A stretch of 64,000 nt of DNA from a virus, in IMG/VR virus record IMGVR_UViG_3300034095_000847; one strand, written 5' to 3'. Below are positions 48,685-58,059 of the stretch, one piece after another. Position 1 is the first letter of the stretch. The number at the start of each line of letters is the position of its first letter. The notes beneath the pieces were generated by a model, which was not told the origin of the DNA, did no database searches, and was given only the letters and a program-made list of their open reading frames with translations. The translations under genes and the position numbers were made by a program.

Positions 48685-49683
48685 ATGAAAAGAATCCTAA
48701 TAGTAACAGATAATCTTTTAGACCAAGTAAATGGTGTTGTTACAACTTTTACCAATGTAGAGAAACAAGCATTAAAGAATAACTACAAGATAAGTTATAT
48801 CGATCCTAGTATGTTCTTTCACTTCTCAGCATTAGGGTATCCTGAAGTTAAAATCAGCATACCTTTTAATGTTGGTAAAATAGTTGAAAAGATTAATCCA
48901 GATTATATTCATATTGCAACTGAAGGACCAATAGGTTGGGCAGTAAGAAGATATTGTAATAAGAAAGGTTACAATTATAATTCGTCATATCATACCAAAT
49001 TTCCAGATTTCCTCAAGGAAATCTACGGTATTCCTGAATCATTAACATATAAGTATGTTAGATGGTTTCATAAAGATTCTAAGAAAGTTTTAACAACCAC
49101 TCAAACAATGGTTGATGAGCTTAAATCTAATGGGTTTACTGCTGATGTTATCGCTTGGACTAGAGGTGTTGATACAGAAGTATTCAGTAATATCACTAGA
49201 GAAGACTCAAACCATTATACAATTCTATACGTTGGTCGGGTATCTAAAGAGAAAGGATTAGATGACCTATGTAAAATTAATTCTGATATATTAGATTTCA
49301 GAATACAGATAGTAGGTGATGGACCATACCGTAAAGAATTAGAAACTAAATATCCTCATGTAGAGTTTGTTGGGTATAAGAAAGGTAAAGAACTTGCTCA
49401 GTATTATAGAAATGCTGATGTATTATGTTTTCCAAGTAGAACAGATACCTTTGGTATTGTTATGATAGAATCAATGTCTATGGGTACGCCTGTTGCTGCA
49501 TATCCTGTTGCTGGACCAATTGATGTAATAGAACAAGGTGTTACTGGTTTTATGAATGAAGATATTGAAGATGCGATAGGTGCTTGTTTATATCTCGAAC
49601 GTGATGATGTAGAAAAACATTCAAAGAAATGGACTTGGGAAAACTGTTGGAAAATATTTAAAGACAACTTAGTGGAAAAATAG
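48685..49683 (+). CDS. GT4-family glycosyltransferase
   Basis: QVNGVVTT, HIATEGPIG, YHT.FP, YVGRVSKEK, FPSRTDTFG.V.IE. Confidence 0.9.
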   Translation: MKRILIVTDNLLDQVNGVVTTFTNVEKQALKNNYKISYIDPSMFFHFSALGYPEVKISIPFNVGKIVEKINPDYIHIATEGPIGWAVRRYCNKKGYNYNSSYHTKFPDFLKEIYGIPESLTYKYVRWFHKDSKKVLTTTQTMVDELKSNGFTADVIAWTRGVDTEVFSNITREDSNHYTILYVGRVSKEKGLDDLCKINSDILDFRIQIVGDGPYRKELETKYPHVEFVGYKKGKELAQYYRNADVLCFPSRTDTFGIVMIESMSMGTPVAAYPVAGPIDVIEQGVTGFMNEDIEDAIGACLYLERDDVEKHSKKWTWENCWKIFKDNLVEK

Positions 49684-49692
49684 AAGTTTATA

Positions 49693-49700
49693 TATAAATA
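49693..49700 (+). promoter_or_regulatory. T4-type late promoter
   Basis: TATAAATA before the AAGGAG SD. Confidence 0.8.
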
Positions 49701-49733
49701 TATAATTGTGGTAATATAAAAAGGAGTTATACA

Positions 49734-50579
49734 ATGACATTACCAGCTTCTGGTGCAATTTCATTATCTCAAGTAAATACTGAAATGAATGAAGGATTAA
49801 CAATTCAACGATCAATTAATGATATTTTTTTTACTACACTAACTGGTGGAACTAATTCTTGGGATGATTTACATGGTAAATCAAGAAGTCATGGAGCAAT
49901 TAATATTTCAAGTGGTATGGGTTCATGGACAGTACCTTTAGGTGTAATAAATGTATATGTTCATTGCCAAGGCGGACATGGAGGTAAAGGAGGAACTGAT
50001 GTATATGCTGGTCAAGTTGGTTGGGATGGCATGAGAGTATATGGTAATTTAGCAGTTTCATATGGCCAAGTATTTCATTTCTTTGTTGGTAATAATGGTA
50101 CAAATGGTACAAATGGTAGAAGTGGTACGCATGGAAAAGGTGGATCTTCTTCATCACCAACCGGTGTTAACTTTTCTGGTGGTAATGGTGGAGATGCAGG
50201 TACATATTATAAATCAAATTCTGGTGGAGGAGCTGGTGGTGGAGGAGCTTCAGGGGTTTATTTAGGAACTACACCAATCATTATTGCAGGCGGAGGCGGT
50301 GGTGGTGCAGGAGCAGGTCATGAAGGTGGTATAAAAGCTCAACAAGGAGGTATTATTACATCTACTATAGGTGGTACAGGATATGGAGGTACTAATGCTG
50401 ACTATGGTGGATGTGGTGGTGGCGGAGGCGGATTGAATGCCGGACAAGGTGGACAAGGTGCAGTACAAGATTATTTTGGTTGGCCGGGTACAAATGGTGG
50501 ATGTTTAGTTCCAGGAGGATTTACAAAAGATAATACTGGCCAAAATGATGCAAACCCTTATGTTTATTTAACTTGGTAG
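49734..50579 (+). CDS. Glycine-rich adhesin / tail-fibre tip protein
   Basis: MTLPASGAISLSQVN N-terminus, poly-Gly repeats, ends YLTW. Confidence 0.7.
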   Translation: MTLPASGAISLSQVNTEMNEGLTIQRSINDIFFTTLTGGTNSWDDLHGKSRSHGAINISSGMGSWTVPLGVINVYVHCQGGHGGKGGTDVYAGQVGWDGMRVYGNLAVSYGQVFHFFVGNNGTNGTNGRSGTHGKGGSSSSPTGVNFSGGNGGDAGTYYKSNSGGGAGGGGASGVYLGTTPIIIAGGGGGGAGAGHEGGIKAQQGGIITSTIGGTGYGGTNADYGGCGGGGGGLNAGQGGQGAVQDYFGWPGTNGGCLVPGGFTKDNTGQNDANPYVYLTW

Positions 50580-50724
50580 GTGTAATAATGTCATGAAAGC
50601 AATACCTCTAATTCTATTGGCAGCATTGTTATTCATATATATAAGCATGGAGATTTCAGCACAGTCTCCATGTTCTTCTTTTTCTTCAAATCCCTCCCTT
50701 TGTAACTCAGATAATCATCCTTAA

Positions 50725-50760
50725 TAAATTGTTTACATTTCCTGAAAGTATGATATAATA
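50725..50760 (+). promoter_or_regulatory. Early promoter
   Basis: GTTTACA..TGATATAAT. Confidence 0.75.
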
Positions 50761-50798
50761 GTATCATAAATAATTTATCATGTTTATAGGAAAATGCA

Positions 50799-51068
50799 AT
50801 GAGTTATACAAGATGGTCTACCTCTAATTGGTATAGTTTTTATAATAGTTCTTCAGAAGATTCTACAAAGGATGATCAAGCATTATCTTTATGGCATGTT
50901 TCTGATAAAAGGGATTATACTTATGCTGAACTACAAAGTATGGGTGTAGGAAAACTACAGTCATTATATCCAGATGCCACTGATGAAGATATAGCAGAAG
51001 CTATGGACATTATAGCAAGATTTAAAAAAGATGTTTGTGACGATTTTGATGGAGATGATTTAAAATGA
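50799..51068 (+). CDS. Hypothetical protein
   Basis: MSYTRWS..WY start after promoter and SD. Confidence 0.6.
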   Translation: MSYTRWSTSNWYSFYNSSSEDSTKDDQALSLWHVSDKRDYTYAELQSMGVGKLQSLYPDATDEDIAEAMDIIARFKKDVCDDFDGDDLK

Positions 51069-51273
51069 AAGTAGCATTTTGAATGGTGGATTTTGTTCAG
51101 ATCTTGACCAGTTTATAGGAGATAGACCTAATATAAAAACTTGGATCCATGGTCATCTTCATAATAAATGTAATTATATGATAGGAAAATGCAATATCCT
51201 ATGTAATCCAAGAGGGTACATAGGATATGAAGAATGTGCTAATAATTTTAAATTAGAATATTTTGAAGTATAG
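51065..51273 (+). pseudogene. Internally deleted metallophosphoesterase paralog
   Basis: MKVAF* fused out of frame to NGGF.S.LD.FI..RP.IK.WIHGH.H...NPRGY, i.e. both ends of the 36802 gene type. Confidence 0.75.
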
Positions 51274-51275
51274 TA

Positions 51276-51590
51276 TTAAATATTACGTATTAATTTTTCA
51301 GTATTCTTAGTTGCGACAGTTAATAAAATTTGTTGATTTAATTCTGCGGTTTGAACCATTTCATTTCTAAAAGACTCAACAGCTGCACTGGTGCTTCTTT
51401 GTTGCATAGAGTTTTCTATTGTTAGCATTGGTAACCATGTGATAGCACAACCATGTTCATCTAAACTCTCTCCAGTATTTGGATTAACTCCAACTAACTT
51501 GGTGTACCAAGCACAACGGTGTATAGCTCCGTCTTTTATTTCCTCACATTTTGAACCTAATGGACAGGTTAATACAGTTTTAATTTCCAT
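51276..51590 (-). CDS. Tail-fibre-associated Cys-rich protein
   Basis: CPL..KC...CAW...G.NP.TGE...GCAI.WLP.L.IENS...AAVESFRNEMV. Confidence 0.65.
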   Translation of the reverse strand: MEIKTVLTCPLGSKCEEIKDGAIHRCAWYTKLVGVNPNTGESLDEHGCAITWLPMLTIENSMQQRSTSAAVESFRNEMVQTAELNQQILLTVATKNTEKLIRNI

Positions 51591-51592
51591 AA

Positions 51593-52087
51593 TTAATCAC
51601 AAAATATTTGTAAACTTTCCCTTACTGGGGCTAATAATGTAGGCATAACTGTTGCATGAAATATTGGTGGTGCAAAAGAAACTGCCTTATTATATTCTGG
51701 ATATATTGCTTTATAAGTTTCATCATTATCTTGGTATATTAATGCTCCGCCCCAATCTCTATCCCAATACTCATTAACATATAATGTTATTGCGTATTTA
51801 TGTCCTTGATCAGCATGCCATTGTATATAACTTAATCTTGAGCCTAATGTGAAGGCTATTGAAAATTTATAATCTTTTATTTCAGGAAAATGTTTTATTA
51901 ATTCATATTTTGTTTCTTCTAACAAATCATTTTTTAAATAATATAAAAGTATAACCCCACTTGTTCCTATTAAATGTGGATCCCAATCAGTTAAATTAGT
52001 TTTAAGATTATCACAAATACGAGGATAATTTTTAATTTTTTGTATTAAACTATCAGATAATACATCACGTGTTATTTTAACATTCAT
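51593..52087 (-). CDS. 2OG-Fe(II) oxygenase
   Basis: WHAD, W..DWGG.L, FHAT, R.SLQIF. Confidence 0.8.
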   Translation of the reverse strand: MNVKITRDVLSDSLIQKIKNYPRICDNLKTNLTDWDPHLIGTSGVILLYYLKNDLLEETKYELIKHFPEIKDYKFSIAFTLGSRLSYIQWHADQGHKYAITLYVNEYWDRDWGGALIYQDNDETYKAIYPEYNKAVSFAPPIFHATVMPTLLAPVRESLQIFCD

Positions 52088-52105
52088 ATAGATTTATAAT
52101 AATAT

Positions 52106-52384
52106 TTATTCAATAATAGGTAGTTCTTCAATAATAGGTAGTTCTTCAATAATAGGTAGTTCTTCAACTACTGGTACATAAGAACTGATAATTTCTTTAT
52201 CAACTAAACTCCAACTTTCACCATCCCAAATAGCATCTTTATCTATAGGAATATCTGGAGGAGGAATTAATGTTGTTCTTGGCGGCATATGAATTTCTTC
52301 TTTATCAAGATTATTTGGAAATTCATATTCTCCTCCATATCTCATGTTAGTTTTCCACTGATAACCTTTAATCATAATTTCCAT
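52106..52384 (-). CDS. Tail fibre assembly chaperone-like protein
   Basis: P..TT.IPPP...AIWDGESW; EELPII repeats. Confidence 0.6.
   Translation of the reverse strand: MEIMIKGYQWKTNMRYGGEYEFPNNLDKEEIHMPPRTTLIPPPDIPIDKDAIWDGESWSLVDKEIISSYVPVVEELPIIEELPIIEELPIIE
52109..52167. repeat. 18-bp tandem repeat x3
   Basis: TTCAATAATAGGTAGTTC repeated three times. Confidence 0.9.
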
Positions 52385-52401
52385 AAGCTTTTCCTTAGTT
52401 T

Positions 52402-54054
52402 TTAATTTTTAGAACAAATAATCATATTTATATATCTTGGTGTCCAGTTAGTTCCGCTTGAACCATTGTCTGTTGTACCAGAATGTGTATGGTTTGCTGA
52501 GGCACCACCTATAGATGCATATCCTGTCGCTGTTACACCTGCTGTAGATGTGCCATACCAAATAGGAGTAGCATTTGGTCCACCTTGTGTTAATGAACTA
52601 TATCTAGTATATCCATGTGTATGACCAGCATCATTATGAATATGGTCAGCAGAAACATTACCAGTAGAAAATCCATGCGTATGATTTGGTACCACGTTAT
52701 TTAATATTGGAGAATGACTACCTGCAACTCCGCCTCCAGCAGTATTAACAACCCTTAACATACGATCATTAGCATTCTCAGTAACGTCTTGTGTCCACCC
52801 TGTAGGAGCTGCGGCCTGCGCAAATGGAACTCTTGTACCTGCGGGCATATATGCCCATGCTCCGGTAAAAGTTGTTGCTGAAACATTACTATTAAATGAT
52901 ACATTCCCAGCCGTAACAGAAAGTGTTCCTTGACCTGATACACCAGAAGGGCCGCAATCAAATCGAACGTCAAAATCATTTACTGTACCAGCAGTACCAT
53001 GAAAATCTATATATCGACCTATTTCAGCTATAGCCCCATATGAAAGACCATCTACTTTACCTGCATACGCAGCAGTCATATATCCATTTGCTGCAGATGT
53101 TGCGGCAGGAATACCTATAGAAACTGCGCCAGAACCATTATATGAAGTACCAGTTAAAGGTGAACTAATAGTTAATGTATTAAGGTTAGATCCTAAAGAT
53201 ATACCTGAAATTGTACTAGATACTAATTTTGCATTTGCTATCGAACCAGCAAGCATGGTATTAGTGACAGTACCAGAATCTCCGGTAGTTACAATTGTTC
53301 CAGTGACTGCCGGTATTGTTAATATAGTTCCGGTTCCTACTGCTGCAGTAGGAATTAATTGAACCGATCCTGAAGTAGAACCAGGTAATGTAACTGAACT
53401 AATTCCTGTCAATGCAAGATTAGCACTTGCTCTATTTAAAGCAACAGAAGTAGTTCCAATATAATGAACATCTGCCCTAAGTGCAACAGTAGAATCTATT
53501 GCAATAGTAACTGCACTAGATCCATTATAGGATGTACCAGAAAGTCCTGTGCCTATTGTTAAGGCATTTAAATTTGAACCAAGAGATACACCTGAAATTG
53601 TACTATTTACTAATTTTGCATTTGCAATAGAACCTGCAAGCATTGTATTTGTAACAGTACCAGTATCTGATATATTAACAGCATTACTATAACTAATACT
53701 TTTCATATCAGTGCCGTCAAAATAAAAGGTTGCTCTAGTAGCATTTAAAACAGTGATACCTGCACCAGTAGTATATTTGACTGTAATACTAAATCCACCA
53801 GTTGTGCCATTATGAACAGTCCAAGATTTTACAAGTATACTTGGTATTGTTATAGTCACATTTGAAGTTAAAGTACCAGAAATTGCAAAAAAGTAATTAT
53901 CTGCTTCTGCATCAGTTAATGTTATACTTGTTGATATTGATTTACTTAAATAACCTTTTGAATAGTTATTCAAAAGAGAAATATTGGTGTCCATTTCCGT
54001 ATTGGTCAACGGACTACCTTTAGTATTGCGTAATGTTATGGTTGTTGCTGCCAT
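52402..54054 (-). CDS. Tail fibre protein
   Basis: KGSPLTN.EMD.N N-terminus, duplicated TVTNTMLAGSIANAKL repeat, EIGRYIDFH, collar-type AAAPTGW, H-x-H repeats. Confidence 0.85.
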   Translation of the reverse strand: MAATTITLRNTKGSPLTNTEMDTNISLLNNYSKGYLSKSISTSITLTDAEADNYFFAISGTLTSNVTITIPSILVKSWTVHNGTTGGFSITVKYTTGAGITVLNATRATFYFDGTDMKSISYSNAVNISDTGTVTNTMLAGSIANAKLVNSTISGVSLGSNLNALTIGTGLSGTSYNGSSAVTIAIDSTVALRADVHYIGTTSVALNRASANLALTGISSVTLPGSTSGSVQLIPTAAVGTGTILTIPAVTGTIVTTGDSGTVTNTMLAGSIANAKLVSSTISGISLGSNLNTLTISSPLTGTSYNGSGAVSIGIPAATSAANGYMTAAYAGKVDGLSYGAIAEIGRYIDFHGTAGTVNDFDVRFDCGPSGVSGQGTLSVTAGNVSFNSNVSATTFTGAWAYMPAGTRVPFAQAAAPTGWTQDVTENANDRMLRVVNTAGGGVAGSHSPILNNVVPNHTHGFSTGNVSADHIHNDAGHTHGYTRYSSLTQGGPNATPIWYGTSTAGVTATGYASIGGASANHTHSGTTDNGSSGTNWTPRYINMIICSKN

Positions 54055-54095
54055 GTTTTTATTCTCGGTTATTGACTAATTCGAACTAGTTTATG

Positions 54096-54103
54096 TATTT
54101 ATA
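54096..54103 (-). promoter_or_regulatory. T4-type late promoter (minus strand)
   Basis: TATTTATA on the + strand. Confidence 0.8.
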
Positions 54104-54176
54104 AAAAATAAATATGTACATTTTTAAAATATGTTATATAATAGATTATGAATTCTAAATATTATACAGGAAACTT

Positions 54177-54440
54177 ATGAATGAAACTATCAAAGAACTT
54201 GCAAGCAGAGTAGGTATAGTTCCTTTAAATGATGTTACTTCTTTTGGTATGACAGAAGAAAATAACTCTTATTATTGTAAAGGGTATATGCTTGAAGATT
54301 TGATTAATCTAATAGTGCATGAACATCTTATTATCTGGCACCAAATGGATAATGGTAATAAAGTATCTGGATTTGTTGAGATGGAAGATTATCCAAAAGC
54401 AGTGATAAAACAATTTAATTATGAGAGGAAAAAGAAGTGA
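54177..54440 (+). CDS. Hypothetical protein (distant member of the MNE.IKELA family)
   Basis: MNETIKELA...LINLIVHE. Confidence 0.55.
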   Translation: MNETIKELASRVGIVPLNDVTSFGMTEENNSYYCKGYMLEDLINLIVHEHLIIWHQMDNGNKVSGFVEMEDYPKAVIKQFNYERKKK

Positions 54441-54985
54441 ACATATTTTATCTTGATAATAATACGAAAGAATGTGCTGAGTATCATGTTGATAGGCACT
54501 GTGTAAAGATGATACTGGAGTATTCCCAGTTATTATCTACAGCCCATCGTGTTATCGATGGTGTAGAATATGTCGATGATTCCTCAGGTAGAAAAATCAA
54601 AAGATGGAAATTGAGTGGTTGGTATGAAAATATTTTATATAAAGCCACTCATATCAACCATCCTAGTGCAATCTGGGTTAGGCATTCTTATGATAATTAT
54701 GCATGGTTAAGAAGTCTTTTATATCAATTGTGTAAAGAATACACCTATAGATATGGTAAAATTCATAAGGTTGAAGCATCTGGATTGATGGAAGCATTAT
54801 GTTATGCTCCGTTGAATATCAAAATAGGTAAATTTACCGAACCAACTCCAGCAATGCCAGAAGAATATATCGTTGAAGGTGATTCGGTTCAATCTTATAA
54901 GAATTACTATAATGGTTCTAAGAAACATCTACATAACTGGAAACTTAGACCAATCCCATATTTTATAGAGGTATCAAAATGTTAA
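54437..54985 (+). CDS. Pyrimidine-dimer DNA glycosylase-like (DenV-related) protein
   Basis: MNIFYLD, HVDRH.VKMILE..QLLSTAH, LYK.TH.NHPS..W, EYTYRYGK.H. Confidence 0.75.
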   Translation: MNIFYLDNNTKECAEYHVDRHCVKMILEYSQLLSTAHRVIDGVEYVDDSSGRKIKRWKLSGWYENILYKATHINHPSAIWVRHSYDNYAWLRSLLYQLCKEYTYRYGKIHKVEASGLMEALCYAPLNIKIGKFTEPTPAMPEEYIVEGDSVQSYKNYYNGSKKHLHNWKLRPIPYFIEVSKC

Positions 54986-55230
54986 TTTATGTAGTTACAG
55001 CCTATCGTTTTGGTGATAGAGAAAGCCATAGTTATGTAGTCGGTGCATTTGACGATGAAGAGACTGCAATCAAACAAGCCAAACTTGAAAGAGATTGGCG
55101 AGGTGGTAAATATGAATGCGAAGTTCGCTCAATGGAACTAAATGAATCATTGAAATACAAGAACTATAATGTTGTATTGGCATTACCTAAACTTTTTCCT
55201 TGTTATACCTTATTGGATGATGAAAAATGA
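54979..55230 (+). CDS. Hypothetical protein
   Basis: HSYVVG...RGGKY. Confidence 0.6.
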   Translation: MLIYVVTAYRFGDRESHSYVVGAFDDEETAIKQAKLERDWRGGKYECEVRSMELNESLKYKNYNVVLALPKLFPCYTLLDDEK

Positions 55231-55470
55231 ATATAAAACGATACCACGAATTGGCAGAAATTCAAAAACACGATTTGTTGACTCCCGAGGAACAAGCCGA
55301 GTATATTGCTATTTCTACTAAAATTCTATATGCAATGATGAAAACTGATGAAGATGTAACGGATATATTAATGAGATTGAGGAATAGATAAGCTTTACTG
55401 AACTGACTCCGGCAAAGCTTAATATATAAACTACTACACTGATATACATTATTTTGTAAAAGGAGAATAA

Positions 55471-55722
55471 ATGCCATTATATGATTTTAAAAATAAAGAA
55501 ACAGGTGAAATAGTTGAGATGTCTATGTCTTATGGTTCTAAGCAACAATACTTAATAGATAATCCGCATATAGAATCTATCATTTTAATTTCACCATCAT
55601 TGGGAGATCCGACTAAACTTACCGCAACTAGAAAATTCGATACTGGGTTTAAAGATGTCTTACAAAAAATACATAATAAAACTCCCGGTAGTCAACTCGA
55701 TAAAACCTCTTCCCAACTTTAA
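55471..55722 (+). CDS. FmdB-like regulatory protein
   Basis: MPLYDF....TGE; precedes phoH as in other T4-like phages. Confidence 0.65.
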   Translation: MPLYDFKNKETGEIVEMSMSYGSKQQYLIDNPHIESIILISPSLGDPTKLTATRKFDTGFKDVLQKIHNKTPGSQLDKTSSQL

Positions 55723-55731
55723 AGGAACTTT

Positions 55732-56505
55732 ATGGCGCGTAGACCAAAGATAGTAGATACTCATTTTGAAGATATTTCGAAATACCAACAACCTACTAAC
55801 GATAAAGTTATACAAGGAGTACAGTCAAATAGATTAAAAATGCGTATTGAAGATCTAAAGACCTTCAAACCTCTTACTAAAAATCAAGAATTATTCTTTG
55901 ATTCTTATAAAGTAGGTGAATATTTTATGATGTTATCCGGCTCAGCCGGTACGGGTAAATCATTTATTGCATTATATAAAGCACTTGAAGAATGCATGGA
56001 CAAAAGTAACTCTTTTAATAGAGTATTAATTGTTCGTTCGGCAGTACAAACTAGAGATGTAGGATTCTTAAAAGGTAGTTTGGATGAAAAGACATCTATC
56101 TATGAAGATCCTTATATTCAAATCAGTTCAACTTTATTCGGAAGAGCCGATGCATATCAAAGATTAAAAGAACAAGGTTATATTGAATTCACTACCACAA
56201 CCGCTATCCGTGGCATGAGTTTTGATAATTCTATTGTTATATTAGATGAGATGCAAAATTGTACTTTTCAAGAGTTAGATACTATTTTGACTAGAATTGG
56301 ACATCAATCAAAGATAATCTTTGTCGGTGATTTAAGTCAAAATGATTTATTGAAGAAATCTTCAGAAGTGACAGGTTTGCCTCAATTCTTAAAAATCGCT
56401 GAGACTATGGATGAATTTTGTCGTATTCATTTTACTTCCGCTGATATTGTTAGATCATCTTTGGTAAAATCATATATTATAGCAAAGGAAAATTTAGGTT
56501 ACTAA
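55732..56505 (+). CDS. phoH: PhoH-like ATPase
   Basis: GSAGTGKS, GFLKG, RGMSF, DEMQN, TRIG, GD..Q.D, DIVRS. Confidence 0.93.
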   Translation: MARRPKIVDTHFEDISKYQQPTNDKVIQGVQSNRLKMRIEDLKTFKPLTKNQELFFDSYKVGEYFMMLSGSAGTGKSFIALYKALEECMDKSNSFNRVLIVRSAVQTRDVGFLKGSLDEKTSIYEDPYIQISSTLFGRADAYQRLKEQGYIEFTTTTAIRGMSFDNSIVILDEMQNCTFQELDTILTRIGHQSKIIFVGDLSQNDLLKKSSEVTGLPQFLKIAETMDEFCRIHFTSADIVRSSLVKSYIIAKENLGY

Positions 56506-56580
56506 AATAAACGTTTACTTTCTCAGAAAATGTGATATAATAGACTCATAAATTAAATAAATGAGGAATTATAGATTATG
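56504..56580 (+). promoter_or_regulatory. PeSL-like early promoter cassette (drives a small ORF 56578-56739)
   Basis: Consensus match. Confidence 0.85.
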
Positions 56581-56744
56581 AAAGAATGGGATATTTTTAA
56601 AGTTGTAAGCGAAAACCAATACAAATTTGTTAAAAGTCATACAGGTTATGATTGGTCTTTGGAAATTGAAATGGAAGAATTGGGTGAAGGATTCAAAGCA
56701 TTCATAACCGATACACCATTTATGAACTATACAGTCTAATTGAT

Positions 56745-57395
56745 ATGCGGACGTTCCATGAATACAATTTTCCAAAACTAGTTCAAAAGAATACTGATGG
56801 ATCTAGAGTTTATTTAACTCCAACTGGAGAAAAGTATCCATCAGTAACTTCTGTCACGGGTTTAGGAGGTGCTAAACATATAATGGAATGGCGTGACAGA
56901 GTAGGTCATGCAGAAGCAGATGCTATATCTAGAAGAGCTGCGAATAGAGGTACTCGTATCCATAAACTTTGCGAAAACTATCTACTCGGTAAAGAAATAG
57001 AAGTTGATATGTTTGATAAAGAAGTATTCAACTCAATGTTGCCTCATATAGATAAAGTTGGGGATATACATTGTATTGAAAAAAGAATTTATTCTCATAT
57101 ATTAAAAGTAGGAGGTACTGTTGATTTAATTGCAGAATTTGATGGAGAAATATCAGTACTTGATTGGAAGACTTCAAGAAGAGTAAAGGATTTTGATGAA
57201 TTTGAAGGTTACTTTATGCAAGCAGCAGCATATTCTCAATGCTTTCTAGAGTTGACTGGAATTAATATAGATAAGTTAGTAGTTGTTATAGGTATTGATG
57301 ATAATCCATCAATGGTCTATATAGAAGATAAAGCAATTTGGTTAAAGAAGTTTAAGCATCAAAGATACAAATATTATGCAATTAAAAAGATATAA
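56745..57395 (+). CDS. PD-(D/E)XK exonuclease (RecB/Cas4-like)
   Basis: YPSVT, RGT..H, GTVD, DWKTS, Q..AY. Confidence 0.88.
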   Translation: MRTFHEYNFPKLVQKNTDGSRVYLTPTGEKYPSVTSVTGLGGAKHIMEWRDRVGHAEADAISRRAANRGTRIHKLCENYLLGKEIEVDMFDKEVFNSMLPHIDKVGDIHCIEKRIYSHILKVGGTVDLIAEFDGEISVLDWKTSRRVKDFDEFEGYFMQAAAYSQCFLELTGINIDKLVVVIGIDDNPSMVYIEDKAIWLKKFKHQRYKYYAIKKI

Positions 57396-57398
57396 ATA
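57391..57398 (+). promoter_or_regulatory. T4-type late promoter
   Basis: TATAAATA. Confidence 0.7.
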
Positions 57399-57544
57399 GT
57401 AATATATTTAAAATAGGATAAGCTTATAAGATAAACTGAAGTACAACTCCCAAATACGTTCAAATAGGCAATGAGTCCACCGAAGAACTAGGGAAGCAAT
57501 GTTAGGCATCTTCTAACACTGTCACTAAAAAATAGGAGAACCGC

Positions 57545-57985
57545 ATGCGAGCAATCACAATGCTCTTATGTCTGTATAGTATGTCTGCATCAATATATGC
57601 TCAGACTACTTTACATAAAAAGATCAATGTTTCAAACAAAGATATACAATGTGTCGCAGAAACAATTTATTCTGAGGCAAGAGGTGAACCCCTGACTGGG
57701 CAACTTGCGGTAGGCGCAACGATTGTTACTAGGTCTACACAGATATTCCACCAGCCAGCGTGTAAAATAGTGAAGCAACAGTATACTCAGAAACGTATAC
57801 CTGCTAAGGATAAAGAAGAGTTTATTAAGTTAGCAACTAATATACTCCGAGGTAATGCTAGAAATCCAATTGGAAATCTAGACTCTTTTGACTCTTTCAA
57901 ATATAGGTACTCTAAAAGACCTAAGAAAAGTGTTAAAATTGGTAAACATTATTTCTATAAGATTATGAAGATTGAAAAGGTATAA
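57545..57985 (+). CDS. SleB-family cell wall hydrolase with signal peptide
   Basis: C.AETIYSEARGEP..GQ.AV, IG.H.FY. Confidence 0.85.
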   Translation: MRAITMLLCLYSMSASIYAQTTLHKKINVSNKDIQCVAETIYSEARGEPLTGQLAVGATIVTRSTQIFHQPACKIVKQQYTQKRIPAKDKEEFIKLATNILRGNARNPIGNLDSFDSFKYRYSKRPKKSVKIGKHYFYKIMKIEKV

Positions 57986-58059
57986 AATAAACGTTTACAT
58001 TTTCTAAAAATATGATATAATAGACTCATAAATTAAATAACTGAGGATATTATATCATG
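57984..58059 (+). promoter_or_regulatory. PeSL-like early promoter cassette (drives ORFs 58057-58762)
   Basis: Consensus match. Confidence 0.85.

Noticed and set aside
49734-54054. Diversity-generating retroelement or invertase system at the fibre genes
   Set aside because: No reverse transcriptase, TR/VR pair or recombinase is visible in the window
56745-57395. Cas4 indicating a CRISPR system
   Set aside because: Standard T4-like exonuclease next to phoH; no Fe-S Cys cluster and no array
27045-58059. Repeated cassettes as a CRISPR array or integron attC sites
   Set aside because: Copies are dispersed, separated by whole genes, and consist of promoter and SD motifs; no cas or integrase gene is seen
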